Shown: positions 1 through 12,400 of the stretch, piece after piece | Layout: each line of letters opens with the position of its first letter | Numbering within the stretch: position 1 is the stretch's first letter | From: Vicugna vicugna | Lineage: Eukaryota | Direction: 5' to 3' | NCBI GenBank assembly: GCA_013265495.1 | Contig: MU058387.1 | Location: 1,488,001 to 1,552,000, forward strand | DNA: 64,000 bases | The notes under the pieces: model-generated | Databases searched by the model: none | What the model saw: only the letters and a program-made list of their open reading frames with translations | What the model was told of the DNA's origin: nothing | Translations under genes and position numbers: made by a program

Positions 1-74
1 TTAAAATCAATTAATTCAATTAAATTTCAATTAGTTTCTGACAAAAGTTTTGTACTGTTGTTATATGATGACTG

Positions 75-480
75 TTATAAAAATCATTATATAGTTAAAG
101 CTGTGAGGCTGGCAAGGGAATAGATAAAGATCAGTGGGACAAAATAGAAACCTCAGAAATAAAGCAATGTATATATCAACACTTGATCGATGACAGTTTT
201 GATATTTCAGGTGAGTGGAGGAAAGAGTGGATATTTGATAAACATTACTGGGACAGAAATTTATGTATATGCAAACCATTCTTAACAGAAATTATCAGAA
301 TTCTGTGGTGATGTCAGCAGCATTGCTTCAAATATTTATAGCTTGAATCATTTAAGAAAAAACAGTTTTTTTTTAAATTAAAACCAAACATCTACATTAA
401 ACTAGAAATAGTGTAACTGGAAAAGGAAGGTTTACAAAGAAAGCTGACAGATTTAGGAACAGATAAATTAAAAAAATTAT
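75..480 (+). mobile_element. Ancient L1 ORF2 3' fragment (L1M/L1ME-type)
   Basis: GATCAGTGGGACAAAATAGAAACCTCAGAAATAAAG...TTTGATAAACATTACTGGGACA is a degenerate version of the L1 ORF2 'DQWNRIE.PEI...FNKWCW' region. Confidence 0.7.
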
Positions 481-599
481 TTAAGAAACAAGGCTAAAGT
501 TAAGAAAAGAGTACAATAACAAAAATATCACTGCAGATAATACTTTATGGAGAAAAAAGAAAATGAGAAAATGAAATGGATACAAATATAAAAGAAATG

Positions 600-2928
600 A
601 GGAGAATCCTGTTTAGATGCCAAAAGTAACGTGAGACAGTCATTCTCACGCTAACAGCCACAGCAAGCTGGATAATTTGAGAGCTAAGGGCACAAAAGCT
701 CCCAGTGAATTAATTCCAGAAAGTGAGGAGATCTACGCAGGACAGAAGTAACTGAACGTTGCCTTCACTCCTGCTGCCATTGCAAGAGGAGGAGGAATGG
801 AATCCGCCACAGACAGGGAAAGAGAAATGAGGTGAGCTTTTGATGAAATATTAATGGCCACGTGTGGTCAAGTATGACAGATCATAATGGTGAGGAGTCT
901 CTTTGCCATGGATGTTCAGCGAAAGCTCAGGAAGAGAACTCTAAAAGCAAAGCCAGAGGAAGAGAGTTTAGATAGAGCATCCTGGGATGCATGGGGCTCC
1001 CAGCAAGGGCAAAGAAAGCATCACCTGTCCGAAATCAGAGCAGCACTGAGAGAAATCCATTAGATGCACTTGTGGGCTGATACTGAGGATGAGGCAGAAT
1101 TGCTAGGAGAATCTCCCCCTTCCCCCCCCCACTCTGAAATTGCACTCAGGTAGCACTGTGGCACAGCACGTGGGAGCTGAAATCCTTCCTTGGGGTATCA
1201 GGTGGTCACCGCAGCGTGGGCTGCTGCTGCCCTGAGAAGGTTCAAGGGTGAGGCAGCACTGCAGGACTGAAGGAGACAAGATAAAGGAGAGGGTGGGGAG
1301 AATTCCCCGGGGGCCAAAGAGCAGGCAGCTAAGTGACAAAGTGGAGAGAGATCTTCAGCAGCCCAAGACTGCAGGCTCAGCTGCAAAGAGAGGTACCAGC
1401 TTTTAGATATTTAGTCTCTGTTAAAGGGAAGATCTTGATTCCCCTCTTAACACATTTTAATAAAGTCAACCAAGTCTGCTGCACGGTTTGTGAAGGCTCA
1501 CCTCCATTACAAATCAAATCCATTCGGCTCCTGCTTAGGGCCATGACATAAGGAAGGGTGTACCCTATTCTGAAGGTGAATAGAATTTATTTTCTTTTCT
1601 ACTATTCTTTTAGACAAAATGTCTGTCACACAATTAAAAATAAACTGATTACCAAAAACAGAGAATAGATCTTTATTTAATGTGCATATGAAACATTCAC
1701 CTATTTCAAGGACATAATTATTTAAGTGGTTTCTCCAAAGAAGACCTCAAGAAGTTCCTACAGAAACAATAAAAATAACATTCTTTGCTCTCAATGAGGA
1801 AAAAAAAAAACTAGAAATCAATTGAAAATTAGAAGAAAATGCCTTTACATATTGAAATAAAAATTATAAACAATGTGATATTGAACAAATCTTGGGTCAA
1901 AGGGTACATATAAAGGGACTTTAGAATTTCTTGAAAATAAGAGTAATAAAAATATAATACAGAGGAATATGTGACATACAATTAAACCAGTTGTGAGTAA
2001 AAAAAAATTACAGTATGAAATACTTATATAAATAAAAATGAACCAAAAATTAAATTAAATGAATTGACTATCCAATTAAAAAAACTAGGAAAAGAAAGAT
2101 ACAGTAAATGAAAAGTGAGCTGATAGAAAGCTTTATAAACACAAAGGGAGAAATAAGTGAGTTAAAATAGTGATTCACACTAAAACTAATAAATAAAGGT
2201 CAAAATATTTTCTGACTGAATAATTTCTAACTAACATCAGAAACAGAGCAAGGGTTTCTTTTCTTTAACCCCTTTTTTCAATGCTGTCCTGAAGGCTGTA
2301 GTTAGTACAATGAAGCCAGGACAAATACAACACATATAAATTGGAAAGGAAAAAGTAAAACTATAAAGATGCTTTTACTTTACTTTCTGAAAATGCAGAA
2401 AATCTTAGCTCTATTTTGGGGAATCTAACAAAAGTTAAAAAAATTTTAGAATTTATGTTACACTAACAAAGCTGTAGAATGCAAAGTCAATACATGGAAA
2501 TCAATAATAATGTGTATATGAGGAAAGGTTGAAAATAAAATTTTAATATCAATTTTACTTGTAATAGAAATAGAAGTAATTTAAAAGACACATCATCCAA
2601 AAGGAAAACTGAATTGCAACAAACAAATAAATGTACTAAATCTCAATAATAAGGGAAATATATTTTAAAATTGTTATGATATTATTACACATCACTAGAG
2701 GAGCAAAAGTTTAAGTCCAAAAGCACTAAGCATTGGTGAAGAATTGAAATAATGGTGACCCTCAAACAGTGATGGAGGGAAAGTCAATTAGAGAAACTAC
2801 TTTGGAAAATAGTTTAACATTACCTAAAAACACTAAACGTGCGCTGTCCATTTCTAGGTATATGCCCTAGAGAAACCTTACATATCTGCATATGTTTGTC
2901 AGTAGATATTTAAAAGGCTTCTTAAAAG
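600..2928 (+). mobile_element. Ancient L1 (GC-richer 5' region, then heavily decayed ORF2 and 3' segments)
   Basis: A-rich plus strand with L1-like motifs (GAAACATTCAC, CTAGAAATCAA, AAAGTCAATACATGGAAATCAATA, CATTTCTAGGTATATGCCCTAGAGAAAC). The assignment of 600-1630 to an L1 5' region is less certain. Confidence 0.55.
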
Positions 2929-2938
2929 AGCGTTGTTT

Positions 2939-3445
2939 TCATTTTCTTCTGATATATAACCCAGAAATGGAATTGCTGGATCATATGGTAGATTTATTTT
3001 TAGTTTTTTGAGGAACCTCCATACTATTTTCCATATCGTTTGCACCAATTTACATTCCCACCAATGGTGTAGAAGGGTTCCCTTTTCCCCACATCCTTTC
3101 CGATGTTTGTTGTTTATGGTCTTTTTGACCATAGCCATTCTGACAGGTTTGAAGTGATAGCTCATTGTGGTTTCAATTTGCATTTATCTGATGATTAGCA
3201 ATGTTGAGCATCTTTACGTGTGCTTGTTGGCCATTTGTATACCTTCTTTGGAAAAGTGTCTATTCAGGTCTTCTGCCTGTTTTTAATTGGTTGTTTGCTT
3301 TTTTGATATTGAATTATATGAGCTATTTATAGATTTTGGATATTAACCCCTTATCACTGATATCATTTGCAAATATTTCCTCCCATTCGGTAGGTTGTCT
3401 TTTCATTTTGTTGATGATTTACTTTGCTGTGCAAAAGATTTTTCA
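2939..3445 (-). mobile_element. Inverted 5' segment of a younger L1 (ORF2 C-terminus)
   Basis: ORF 2899..3183(-) '[21 protein letters not shown]...[18 protein letters not shown]...[18 protein letters not shown]' is the L1 ORF2p C-terminal Cys-rich region. Confidence 0.92.
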
Positions 3446-3449
3446 CACA

Positions 3450-3988
3450 TTTTATAAAAGGTACATGCACCCCAATGATCATAGCAGCATTATTTAAAAT
3501 AACAAAGATAAAATGCATAAAGAAGAGGTGATAAATACATAAAGTGGAATATTACTCAGCCATAAAATAATAGTGAAATCTTGTCATTTGCAACAACATG
3601 GATGGACCTAGAGAGTATTATGTTAGTGAAATAAGTCAGACAGAGAGAGACAAATATTCTAGGTTATAACCTATAAGTGAAATCTGAAAACTAAAACAAA
3701 TGAATGTATATAACAAAACAGAATCAGACTCACAGATATGGAGTACAGACTAGTAGTTACCAGTGAGGAGAAGGAAAGGAGGAGGTAAGGTAGGAGTATG
3801 GATTAAGAGATACAAACTACTATTATGTATAAAATAGAAAAGCAACAAGGATGTATTGTACAGCACAGGGAAGTATAACTGTTGTTTTGTAATAAATTTA
3901 AATAAGCTATAATCTGTAAAAACATTGAATCACTATATTTTACACCTGAAACTAATATAATACTGAAAATCAACTATACTTCAATAAA
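3450..3988 (+). mobile_element. L1 ORF2 end plus 3' UTR (non-inverted part of the same insertion)
   Basis: CATGCACCCCAATGATCATAGCAGC...GCAACAACATGGATGGACCTAGAG...CAACTATACTTCAATAAAA. TSD AGCGTTGTTT (2929-2938) / AGCATTGTTT (3989-3998). Confidence 0.9.
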
Positions 3989-3998
3989 AGCATTGTTT

Positions 3999-4490
3999 GA
4001 AATAGCCCAAAATAACTAATTTAAATGTGAATAAAAATAGAAGAGGTAAATAGACTGTGGTCCAGCCATATAATTCTAAACAACAATTAAAATGAATAAA
4101 GTATAGCTACCACTGCCAACATGAATTAAACTTACAAACATTAGGTTGAGGAAAAGAAATGAGAAATAGGAGAATACATATGTACCATCTGACTGTATTT
4201 GTACAAAGCCTCAAACCTGGCTATTTAAAATAATACATAGTCTATGGATATATACTGAGGTGATGATGGAATTATAAAGTAAATTAGAAAATCAAGAGTG
4301 ATCGAGAAGTATGTGACCCAAACCTAGTTCACAAAAAACTCCTCAGTCACTGGCAATGTCTTCACCTGAGGAATGCTTACAAAAGTTTTATTTTGTTAAC
4401 ATTCCTAAAACAAATTTTATGAGCATTTCTATATTCATTAGAATATATTTTATTAGAAATGTTTCCAAATACAATTTAAAAAAAAATGAA
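3999..4490 (+). mobile_element. Ancient L1ME-type 3' end, continuing the element interrupted at 2929
   Basis: AAATAGACTGTGGTCCAGCCATA...AAAATGAATAAAGTATAGCTAC motifs, ending in an A-run near 4485. Confidence 0.65.
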
Positions 4491-4974
4491 TACTACCAGC
4501 TGATTTTAATTTAATTTATAGATCTATTTAATCAATATTGGATGTTTTAGCTGGCTGAATGAAGTAGTAAATTGACCTTCTTCTCGGAGTGTAAATACAT
4601 ATAAATAGCATTTAGAAATAAAAAATAAAATTTTATGTAACAGATTAAAAGTCATCGACCTCTGAAATTGTGGAGATTTGTGACTTAATATTCTCTCTGA
4701 ACTCTAGTGCTAGATAGGAATAATGCTGAGCTGTCTCAGCAAAGCCTCCATGTTTCTACTGGGGAGAAAGTGTCCTGTCCAGACAAGAATGAAAGGGAAA
4801 ATCAACAGCTGTACAAGCCCCGACAAGACAAATACCCATCTCCCATCAAGAGAACAGAATGTCACGTCCAGAACAGGACCATCCTACACAGTAGCTGTAT
4901 TTTTAACTATTAGCAGGAGAACTTTTCTCTTACAGATCACTAAGTCAGGGGACGTAGCAAAACTTGATTCAAGG

Positions 4975-5280
4975 TAATTTATTCATATAAATATTGTTTT
5001 TAATTCGAGGAACATTTACTGAGTACCTGTTAGACGCAAAGCTGGGGAGAGCAGACGTAGCAGACCATGATCTGTGTGACTTACACCTCAAGGAGTTCAC
5101 AGGCTGGTCAAAGAGAAAGTATCGTTACATATAATTGCAACATCTATAAATATAGAAAATAAAGTATACACTCCATGCAGGGATATCAGTGTTAAGAGGT
5201 AATAGACTTTATTCAGGAAGGAAATTATGAGCCAACCTAAAGGATGATGCATTTGGAGCTTTCCAGGTGGAAGAACATGA
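4975..5280 (-). mobile_element. L2 3' fragment
   Basis: AACATTTACTGAGTACCTGTT...CCTCAAGGAGTTCACAGGCTGG is the reverse-strand L2 3' end pattern. Confidence 0.6.
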
Positions 5281-6849
5281 CATTTTTTAATGATATTATA
5301 AAAATCATCATATACCAGATAGCAAAAATGACCATGGTGCTGTTTAATAATAGTATAAAATCATAATATCAAAGATGGCAGTATCATTTTTATCTTTTTT
5401 CCTAGTTATCAATTCTCAGATATGAGGGTGCCATCTTGAAAAATGTAAATTTTCCATTCCTCCATTCACCCAACCTACGCTGAGGGCCATCTGTGCGCTT
5501 CAGCTGGATCAGTGACAAATCATGGCGCCTGGCCAGCCTCCTAGTGCTCACAGACCAGTAGTAATGATTCCATAGATTTTATTGGACTTTTGTTTTCTTA
5601 TTATTCACCCGCACACTCCATTTACATCTTCCATTTGGAGAAAAGTCTTTTATAAGTAGAGTGTAGGAACTCCTTTGGTCCTGGGTATGTTCATAGAGGC
5701 TACAAATTATCCTTTCTTTATAGAAAATTTGGCCTTATAATAATAACTCCCTTTACAGAGGACTTGCAAAGACTTTTTCCTTTCCATGTGGTGTTCAGAG
5801 ATTAATGGGAATGGTGTCCACATAGTTGTGTTCCTGCCAGACTACACCACTTATCTGAAGCCAGTGTCAGGGCCTTATGACTATTAATCACCTCTCCAGT
5901 CCCCGAAATAAAATCTGCATTGTACGTTTTTTGGACTGTGTGAGGGGAAAGGGAATGGTGTGGTTTGGGGCTGCTTCTCATCATTAATTTTCGATTATGA
6001 CTGCAAGAACCATCCCAGCTAAGCCTCAAGTTGGAGGGCAGAGGGTAAAAAAGCCCCAGGGAAGTCTAATAAGGGCCACATGGAAGGAGGGGAAAGTCTG
6101 GGGCTTATAAACTCTTTTTTGGAAAAGGAAAATAATAAACAATTTATAAAATTCCTCACAGGGAGGTATAAAATATATCCAAGCTAATTGGGAAAAGTCA
6201 CATAAAGGACAAAACAAGCAGGCCTTTTAAAGGCATAAATAAAAATGATTCAGCCACACCCTTGCTCAAAGCTAAGATTATGAACCCAATTTTCTTCACT
6301 AGTTAAGATAATCGTTTCCATAAAAAAAAATGATTTTATGATTGCTTCTTCAGTTCTGCAGATGCTTCTCTCTCAGCCAAAGGAAAACGTTTCATAGACT
6401 TTAGAGGCCTGTTCAGGAGTCCTTCTGGTATGAAATGAGCAAGCGCAGAACATCTGTGTTTAAAAGAAAGAAAGGGGAAAAAATAAGTAAATGAAGAATC
6501 AGCCTCTCTCATTAGATCCCCAGACTCTGAATAATGAAAAACTAATTTTATGTGTTGTGTTTTGTATTTTAGAAATGGCTTTTCATAGAATGTTCTGATC
6601 TGACAAGAGTCTATGCTGTCACTTTTATATAAATCTCCTTTTTCAAGTTAAGTACCTAAGGGTGAAGAAATAAAATCACACATTTTGTATCATAGGCTAG
6701 AAGTAACACAGTCAGGATTTCAGTTGAGGTCTCCTCACTCTAAACACACCTTTTATTTAGCATTTTGATGCCTTTGAGTCTATAGGAATTAGATATTGAC
6801 ACATTTGTACAGAATTATTATTGGATACAAGCATTCAGACATCATTCTT

Positions 6850-7007
6850 TTTTTAAACTTTTTTATTGAGTAATAGTCATTTTACAATGTTGTGTCAAAT
6901 TCTAGTGTAGAGCACAATTTTTCAGTTATATATGAACATATATATATTCATTGTCACATTTTTTTTCACTGTGAGCTACCACAAAATCTTGTGTAAATTT
7001 CCCTGTG
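6850..7007 (-). mobile_element. Young lineage-specific L1 3' end, 5'-truncated
   Basis: T-tail followed by TTTATTGAGTAATAGTCATTTTACAATGTTGTGTCAAATT. Perfect 14-bp TSD CAGACATCATTCTT (6836-6849, 7008-7021). Related copies at 23221, 29747, 42346 and 44120. Confidence 0.9.
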
Positions 7008-7129
7008 CAGACATCATTCTTATTAACAGAGAAAGTCATCACACACGCGCGCGCACAGGTCACATCACATCCTATCGGATATTAGTCACTTTTGGATTGT
7101 CCTTCTTCCTACTCAATCCCTGTCCCAAC

Positions 7130-7518
7130 TTTCTTATTTCATTTTGTTCTTCTTGAGCAATAATTCCTTATTTTAAGTGTTTCTGATGGGATCGTGCCTT
7201 CATCAGCCGCAAAAGCTCTGTAGGTCAATTCATTCTGTTCCTACTCTGGCTTAGTGAATCACACATTCACCCTAAGGACGTTGAATCCTGAATGAGCAAA
7301 AGAAAGAGCTAAGAGCCTCAAAAACCCTAGACCTTGGTTGTAGTTCTTACTCCTTCACTTCCTGTGCAAAATCTTGGCTCCTGTCACTTTACAAAGTTTA
7401 CTCTTCAAGATCCTATCAATTCGGTGACTCCCTCATATTCTTCCAATACATTCCTTGGTTGTCTGAGAAATTAATACTCAGTTTCAACGGCTTACAATCA
7501 AGAATGTGACTGATTCAT
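7130..7518 (+). mobile_element. Old MaLR LTR (MLT1K/L-like)
   Basis: 3' end TTCCAATACATTCCTT...GCTTACAATCAAGAATGTGACTGATTCA resembles an MLT1 terminus. Confidence 0.45.
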
Positions 7519-8879
7519 GCTCTTCTGCAGTCTTGAACACTCATGGATTGTGAAGACACTAATCTTGATTCTTGTATCGATGATTATGGATTCAAATATA
7601 GAAATTAATTTCTTTGAGATACGAAATTAATTCTTAACTTAAGACGTTGGAGATTGACTACATAAACTGTTAAAACATCTCTCAGAACCATGATGTAATA
7701 CTCACATACTAAACATTAAAGTGCTGATGTCATTGCAGCATTTTTACAAAGTGTTTCCTTCTTTATCTCTGTTTGACTCAAGACATACGCAGTTTATGTA
7801 TGTATAGAGTAATGCATACACACTTAAAATTGGCTGAGTAAGGTAAAAATTCAAGAGCGGGGAGACATTGAGGGTTTTTAATGGTTTTATTTGAAGACTG
7901 CAATACATAAAATAGAAGATGAACAAATCTATTTCTCAGTCTTTTTTGTACATATTAGACATGAGAAGCTTCACATTATTGAATTATACTCTCACATCTT
8001 TTTTAACTGCACACTAGTTGGAAAGTCTTACAATAAAGACTACTAAACTTTATTTTTATTCATTGTTTTATGAATAATATCTTTAGAAAAACTGCCCCTT
8101 GATTAACCAAGAACTTGAAATAAATTCTAGGAATGAACCAGTCAACTTTATGTGATTTTTTTTCCCCCATTTCAAATTTCAACTTGATCTAGATGTCTGG
8201 TTTTTGAGTCATTCTGGCTTGGGACATGAAAATGGCAAATTTTATCAAAAACAATCTTGTGTTTTGGAATTTTCATCCCTGTTTTCAAGGTTCATTATAA
8301 CTCTTTTATATTGTTAAGGCTTTGTCACCAAAAGGGCTTTTATAGTAGCATAATACCAAAGTAGAACCACTGGAGAACAGGAGATTTACGTAGTAAGTGT
8401 GTCAGAGGAAATCCCTCATTGAGTGGCAAAAGCACGTGTTAAATTTCAAGTTTGATGAGAGTGACATTAGCTTTTATTTATAATGACAGCTGCTTATAAG
8501 CTGTGGAGACAAAATAGATTAAGAATTTCCTGATGCTTTTGCTCTGAGGACCATGTGGCAGGAAGGACTCTGGATTTGGATATTAAAGGAAAAAGTAAAA
8601 TTTAGTTTCCCACTTACCCCTAGGGGTTAAAAGTTGAGGTTGACTGGTCAAAGCACTAGACTGAGTAAAAATGGGCCTGGATATGAAGTCAAGGCAACTT
8701 TTTCACATGGATTACACCCCACCTCCATCTCTGGAGTATTCATCCATGAGAACTGACTTTATTTTTCTCAAATACTTAATGTAGATTTGTATTAGCAAGA
8801 ATTAAACTATTTACTGAAAAGGTGCATATTAAAATAAAAGGAATTTTTATTTTTTTAGTTTTTCTACTAAAAGAATTAT

Positions 8880-9015
8880 GGGAAGGAAGGAAGGAAAAAG
8901 GAAGCAAGCAAGGAAGGAAAGGAATGGAAGATAAGTCAAGGGATCGAAAAGGAAAAGAAAGTCAATCTTTTGGCAGGAAGAGAAGGAAAGGGAAGGAAAG
9001 GAAAAGAGAGGAAGT
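8880..9015 (+). repeat. Purine-rich (GGAA)n-like low-complexity tract
   Basis: GGAAGGAAGGAAGGAAAAAGGAAGCAAGCAAGGAAGG..., seen directly. Confidence 0.85.
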
Positions 9016-9039
9016 AAATGGCTAACTGCTTACATGCCA

Positions 9040-9282
9040 AGCAATATGGCTCAAAAACTCTAAATCCTCACTGCCTGAGTTCAGATCGTGATCTGAGTTC
9101 ACAAAGTGTGTGATCCAAAGCAAACTATTTAACGTTCTGGTTATTCAGTTTAATCGTCCGCAATACAGACTGACCTGACACCTGTTTCACAAGGTTGCAC
9201 TACAGATTATCAGCATTGAAATAGGTCGGAGGTTTAGAACAGTGCTTAGCACATTGTAACCATTGTAAGTGTTTATTGTTAG
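9040..9282 (+). mobile_element. MIR
   Basis: CTGCCTGAGTTCAGATC...TGTGTGATCCAAAGCAAACTATTTAAC...TTTAGAACAGTGCTTAGCACATTGTAA. Confidence 0.7.
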
Positions 9283-9535
9283 AAATATAGTTTCCACAAC
9301 TCTGCTGACTGTCTCAAGTGCTTCCGTAGACTCTCCGGGCAGTTACAGAACCGAGTCCAGGCCTCCTGGTGCCCGCTCAGGTCCAGGAGTCTCACAAGCC
9401 AATAAGCTACCTTTATAGCAAAGACAGACAGAAATCCCACCTCGGTCATTGCTTGCCCATCTGTGTCTACTCTATTCTGCTTCTTTGCAAAACTGGTCGT
9501 TTAGGTTACATCCTTTCTTGAAGAGCCTTGACCTC

Positions 9536-9978
9536 TGTTGGGGATTGAATCGTCTCCTCCCAAAAGGCACATGGTGAAGACCTAACCCCCAGTACTTCAG
9601 AAAGTCACTTTATTTAGAAATATGGTTGCTGCAGATATAAATAATTAAGTTAGGATGAGGTTGTCCTGGAGTCAGGTGAGCCCCTAATTCAAAAGAAATG
9701 GTGACCTTATAAAAAAAATTTCGACACAGAGACAGAAAGAGAACATCATGTGAAGGTTGGAGTTACGCTACCAGAAGGCGAGGAACACCAACGAGTCCGG
9801 CAAATCACCAAAAGGGAGAGGCACATAAGAGAATCCCCGCTCAGTCCTCCAAGGGAATCAACCCTGTTAACACATGGATTTCAGACTTCTCGCCTCCAGA
9901 GTTGTGAGATAACGTACTTCTGCTGTTCAGCCACTCAGCTCGTGGCACTTCATTACAACAACCCTAGCGAACTAGCAG
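9536..9978 (+). mobile_element. MaLR solo LTR (MLT1B/C-like)
   Basis: Starts TGTTGGGGATTGAATCGTCTCC; internal CCTAACCCCCAGTACTTCAGAA and GATTTCAGACTTCTCGCCTCCAGAGTTGTGAGA; ends ACAACCCTAGCGAACTA. Confidence 0.88.
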
Positions 9979-10324
9979 AGCCTCACTGAGGAGAAGAGTT
10001 GCTGCCTATCCAATTGCTCCAGTTTGTGCACGTTGGAAACCCCCTTGGGGCTGGAAGGATCTCCTTCTAGATGTGGCATTGAGGCCCTCCTGTGGCCCCA
10101 GGACACTGACAGAAAGTGCTGTCTAGACAAGGCCCTCACGTCGTGGCCTGAAGCCACTGTATGTGGGAGACAGGAGAGAGACAATGTGCCTTGCAGTTTG
10201 GGTATGTTAGTTCTGCCACCTGCAAAAGTGTAAACTGGAGGAAATTGTTTCATGCCTTCCTTCCTTCACTGACAGATAAAGAGGCAAGTCACCTCCCTGG
10301 TGCCCAGAAATAAAAAGATTAAGT

Positions 10325-11020
10325 GATCACTCATGCAAGTAGCAGATATCTATTGAGCATCTACCTATAGACATTAACCCAGACACTGGAATAAAAAAAA
10401 AATGTGTAAAGCAAAGCCTGTCCTTGAGATATTTAAAATGCAGGAAGGAAAAAAAAAAGAAAAGAAAGATTTTACGTGTTGACTTCTGATACTCCTTGTG
10501 TACTCTGGATATTAATTCTTTGCCTATTTTTAGCATTACATATGTTTCCTCCCAGTGTTTTACTTGTTTTTTTATTTTATAGTAGCTTTTCATATACTAA
10601 AGTGTTCGATTTTGATGGAGTAAAGTGATCAATTTTTAAAATAAAAAAAAATGCAGGAAGGGAGACAGACATACACACACATAATTATAATATGCAGTGA
10701 GGAGTGCTTGACTAGAGCTGAAGTTACAAGGTTCTATGTGAACCCAGAGAAGGAATGTATTGTTATTGTGTAAGCGTGGGAAGGGGAGTCAGAAAACACT
10801 TCATTTAGCAGGTATGTGTGGCTTAGGGAAACCTTGATGGATCCCATGATATTTGAACCTTGCCTTGAGGAGTAAAGAGCAATTTACCAAATGGTCAAAT
10901 GGCAGCAGGGCAGAGTGCCCAGGGTGTGCATGGTGCGGGGATGTTTGCAGAAGGGTTGCCTCAGTCTATGTGGTTAAATCTTATATGCATGCATCGGCAA
11001 ATGGATGGAGATAAAGTTGG
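10325..11020 (-). mobile_element. L2 fragment, split by the insertion at 10449-10647
   Basis: TCACTCATGCAAGT...TATTGAGCATCTACCTAT, resuming at GGGAGACAGACAT...ATAATTATAATATGCAGTGAGGAGTGCT after the TSD. Confidence 0.65.
10449..10647 (+). mobile_element. TSD-flanked retroposed insert carrying an old antisense L1 fragment (probable orphan 3' transduction)
   Basis: Perfect 14-bp TSD AAAATGCAGGAAGG (10435-10448, 10648-10661), TT/AAAA target site, and A-runs at both ends of the insert. Confidence 0.75.
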
Positions 11021-12229
11021 AAAAAAATCATTTTCAAGACTTTTCTAACCTTAAAAAGTTAAGATTACCAAGAATAAAAAAAAATTTCTATTCCCCCAAG
11101 TTCAAGAAGAGGAAAAACTGCCCTTTGGTCATGGTCCCAAGGCTTCATCAGAGCTGATTTTAAACCCATTTTAATTTTCAACAGCGAGCAACTTATATTC
11201 TTAACTGACTTCTCAGGCCGTCAGCAACTGTTTGGCTCCAGTGACCAAGCCTGTAAGAGGTTCAGTGGTCAGGCAGTCCTTGAACACTTCTGCTTCTAAA
11301 CGCCTGCGGATTCCTGAACTCCATACTCCCCAAACCAAATGGAAGATGAGTTTCTTATTCAGTTCTTGTTTCTTTGTTCAGAGATAGTATGCCTTATAAC
11401 TACAGCTACCCCTTGCTTAGCAAAAAATAAATTCAGCTTTGATTTCATATTTGACACTATTTAATGATTTTATTGTACCTCTTCAGCTCTTTCATTTCCT
11501 AAAATAATTAGTAAGCACCAACTGTATGCCTGTCTCAGTGTGGCCTGAGGATGCACAAACTTGGTCCATGACATGTTGGAGTTGGCCCAGGGATTCATCC
11601 ATAGGGGCACATGAACGCTAAAATATTTTAGCTGAACATGCTGCTCTACCAATAGGAGTGGGTGCAGGAGATAGAGAGTTGTTGATTGTCTGCAAGGAGA
11701 CATGTATTATAGTGTTTGCTGTGCGTAGTTCACTTTCATTAAATATCACAGCAATACCACAAGATGGATGTTTGCAGGCCTGTTTTCCAGACAAGAGCTA
11801 GTATGTCAAAAGGTTTGGTAACCTTCTCAAAGAAGAGAGAGAGCAGCGATGTGATCTCATTTTGGCGTCACTTCAGAACCGGTGGTCTTGTCCTCACAGG
11901 ATCTGCAATCATCAATATCCAAGGGTAACTTAGGAAAGCTGGCAGTGAAAGTACCTTTGCCCAAACTTGAGGAGGGACTGCTCTGTCTTTGAACACAAAG
12001 CTGAAATGCAGCCATCAGATGCTAAGCTTCCAGACTGGTAGCTGAAACCAAACCTCGCTCTAGACTGTGTGTACATGCAGGTGCTGATATTGCTGAATAT
12101 TTAAGACAAAAGAGCTTTTCCCTGTCTCATTCTTTAAAAATTGCTGTGATTTATAGAATTATAAATCACTGTTTTTCACATTTTAATTTGTAAAGAAATG
12201 CATAAAAGTAGTTAAAAAATTGCTACACA

Positions 12230-12400
12230 GATATATTGAGCACTTACGATTTGTATACTTTATTCCAATGATCCTTTGGGATTGAAAATTATCTTATTCT
12301 TGTTTTATAGATGAGTAAACTGAGACACGAAGAGGTTACATAAATTCCCCAAGGACTTATATCTAGTACAGGGCAAAACCTAAAGATGACATTTACTCTA
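12230..12400 (-). mobile_element. MIR
   Basis: TTTTATAGATGAGTAAACTGAGACACGAAGAGGTTACATAAATTCCCCAAGG, the MIR core. Confidence 0.75.

Noticed and set aside
1050..1400. GC-rich stretch as a CpG-island promoter (also 60950-61200)
   Set aside because: Few CpGs, and both lie in probable old L1 5' regions.
2899..3183. 94-aa ORF with real protein similarity
   Set aside because: It is an L1 ORF2p fragment, not a host gene.
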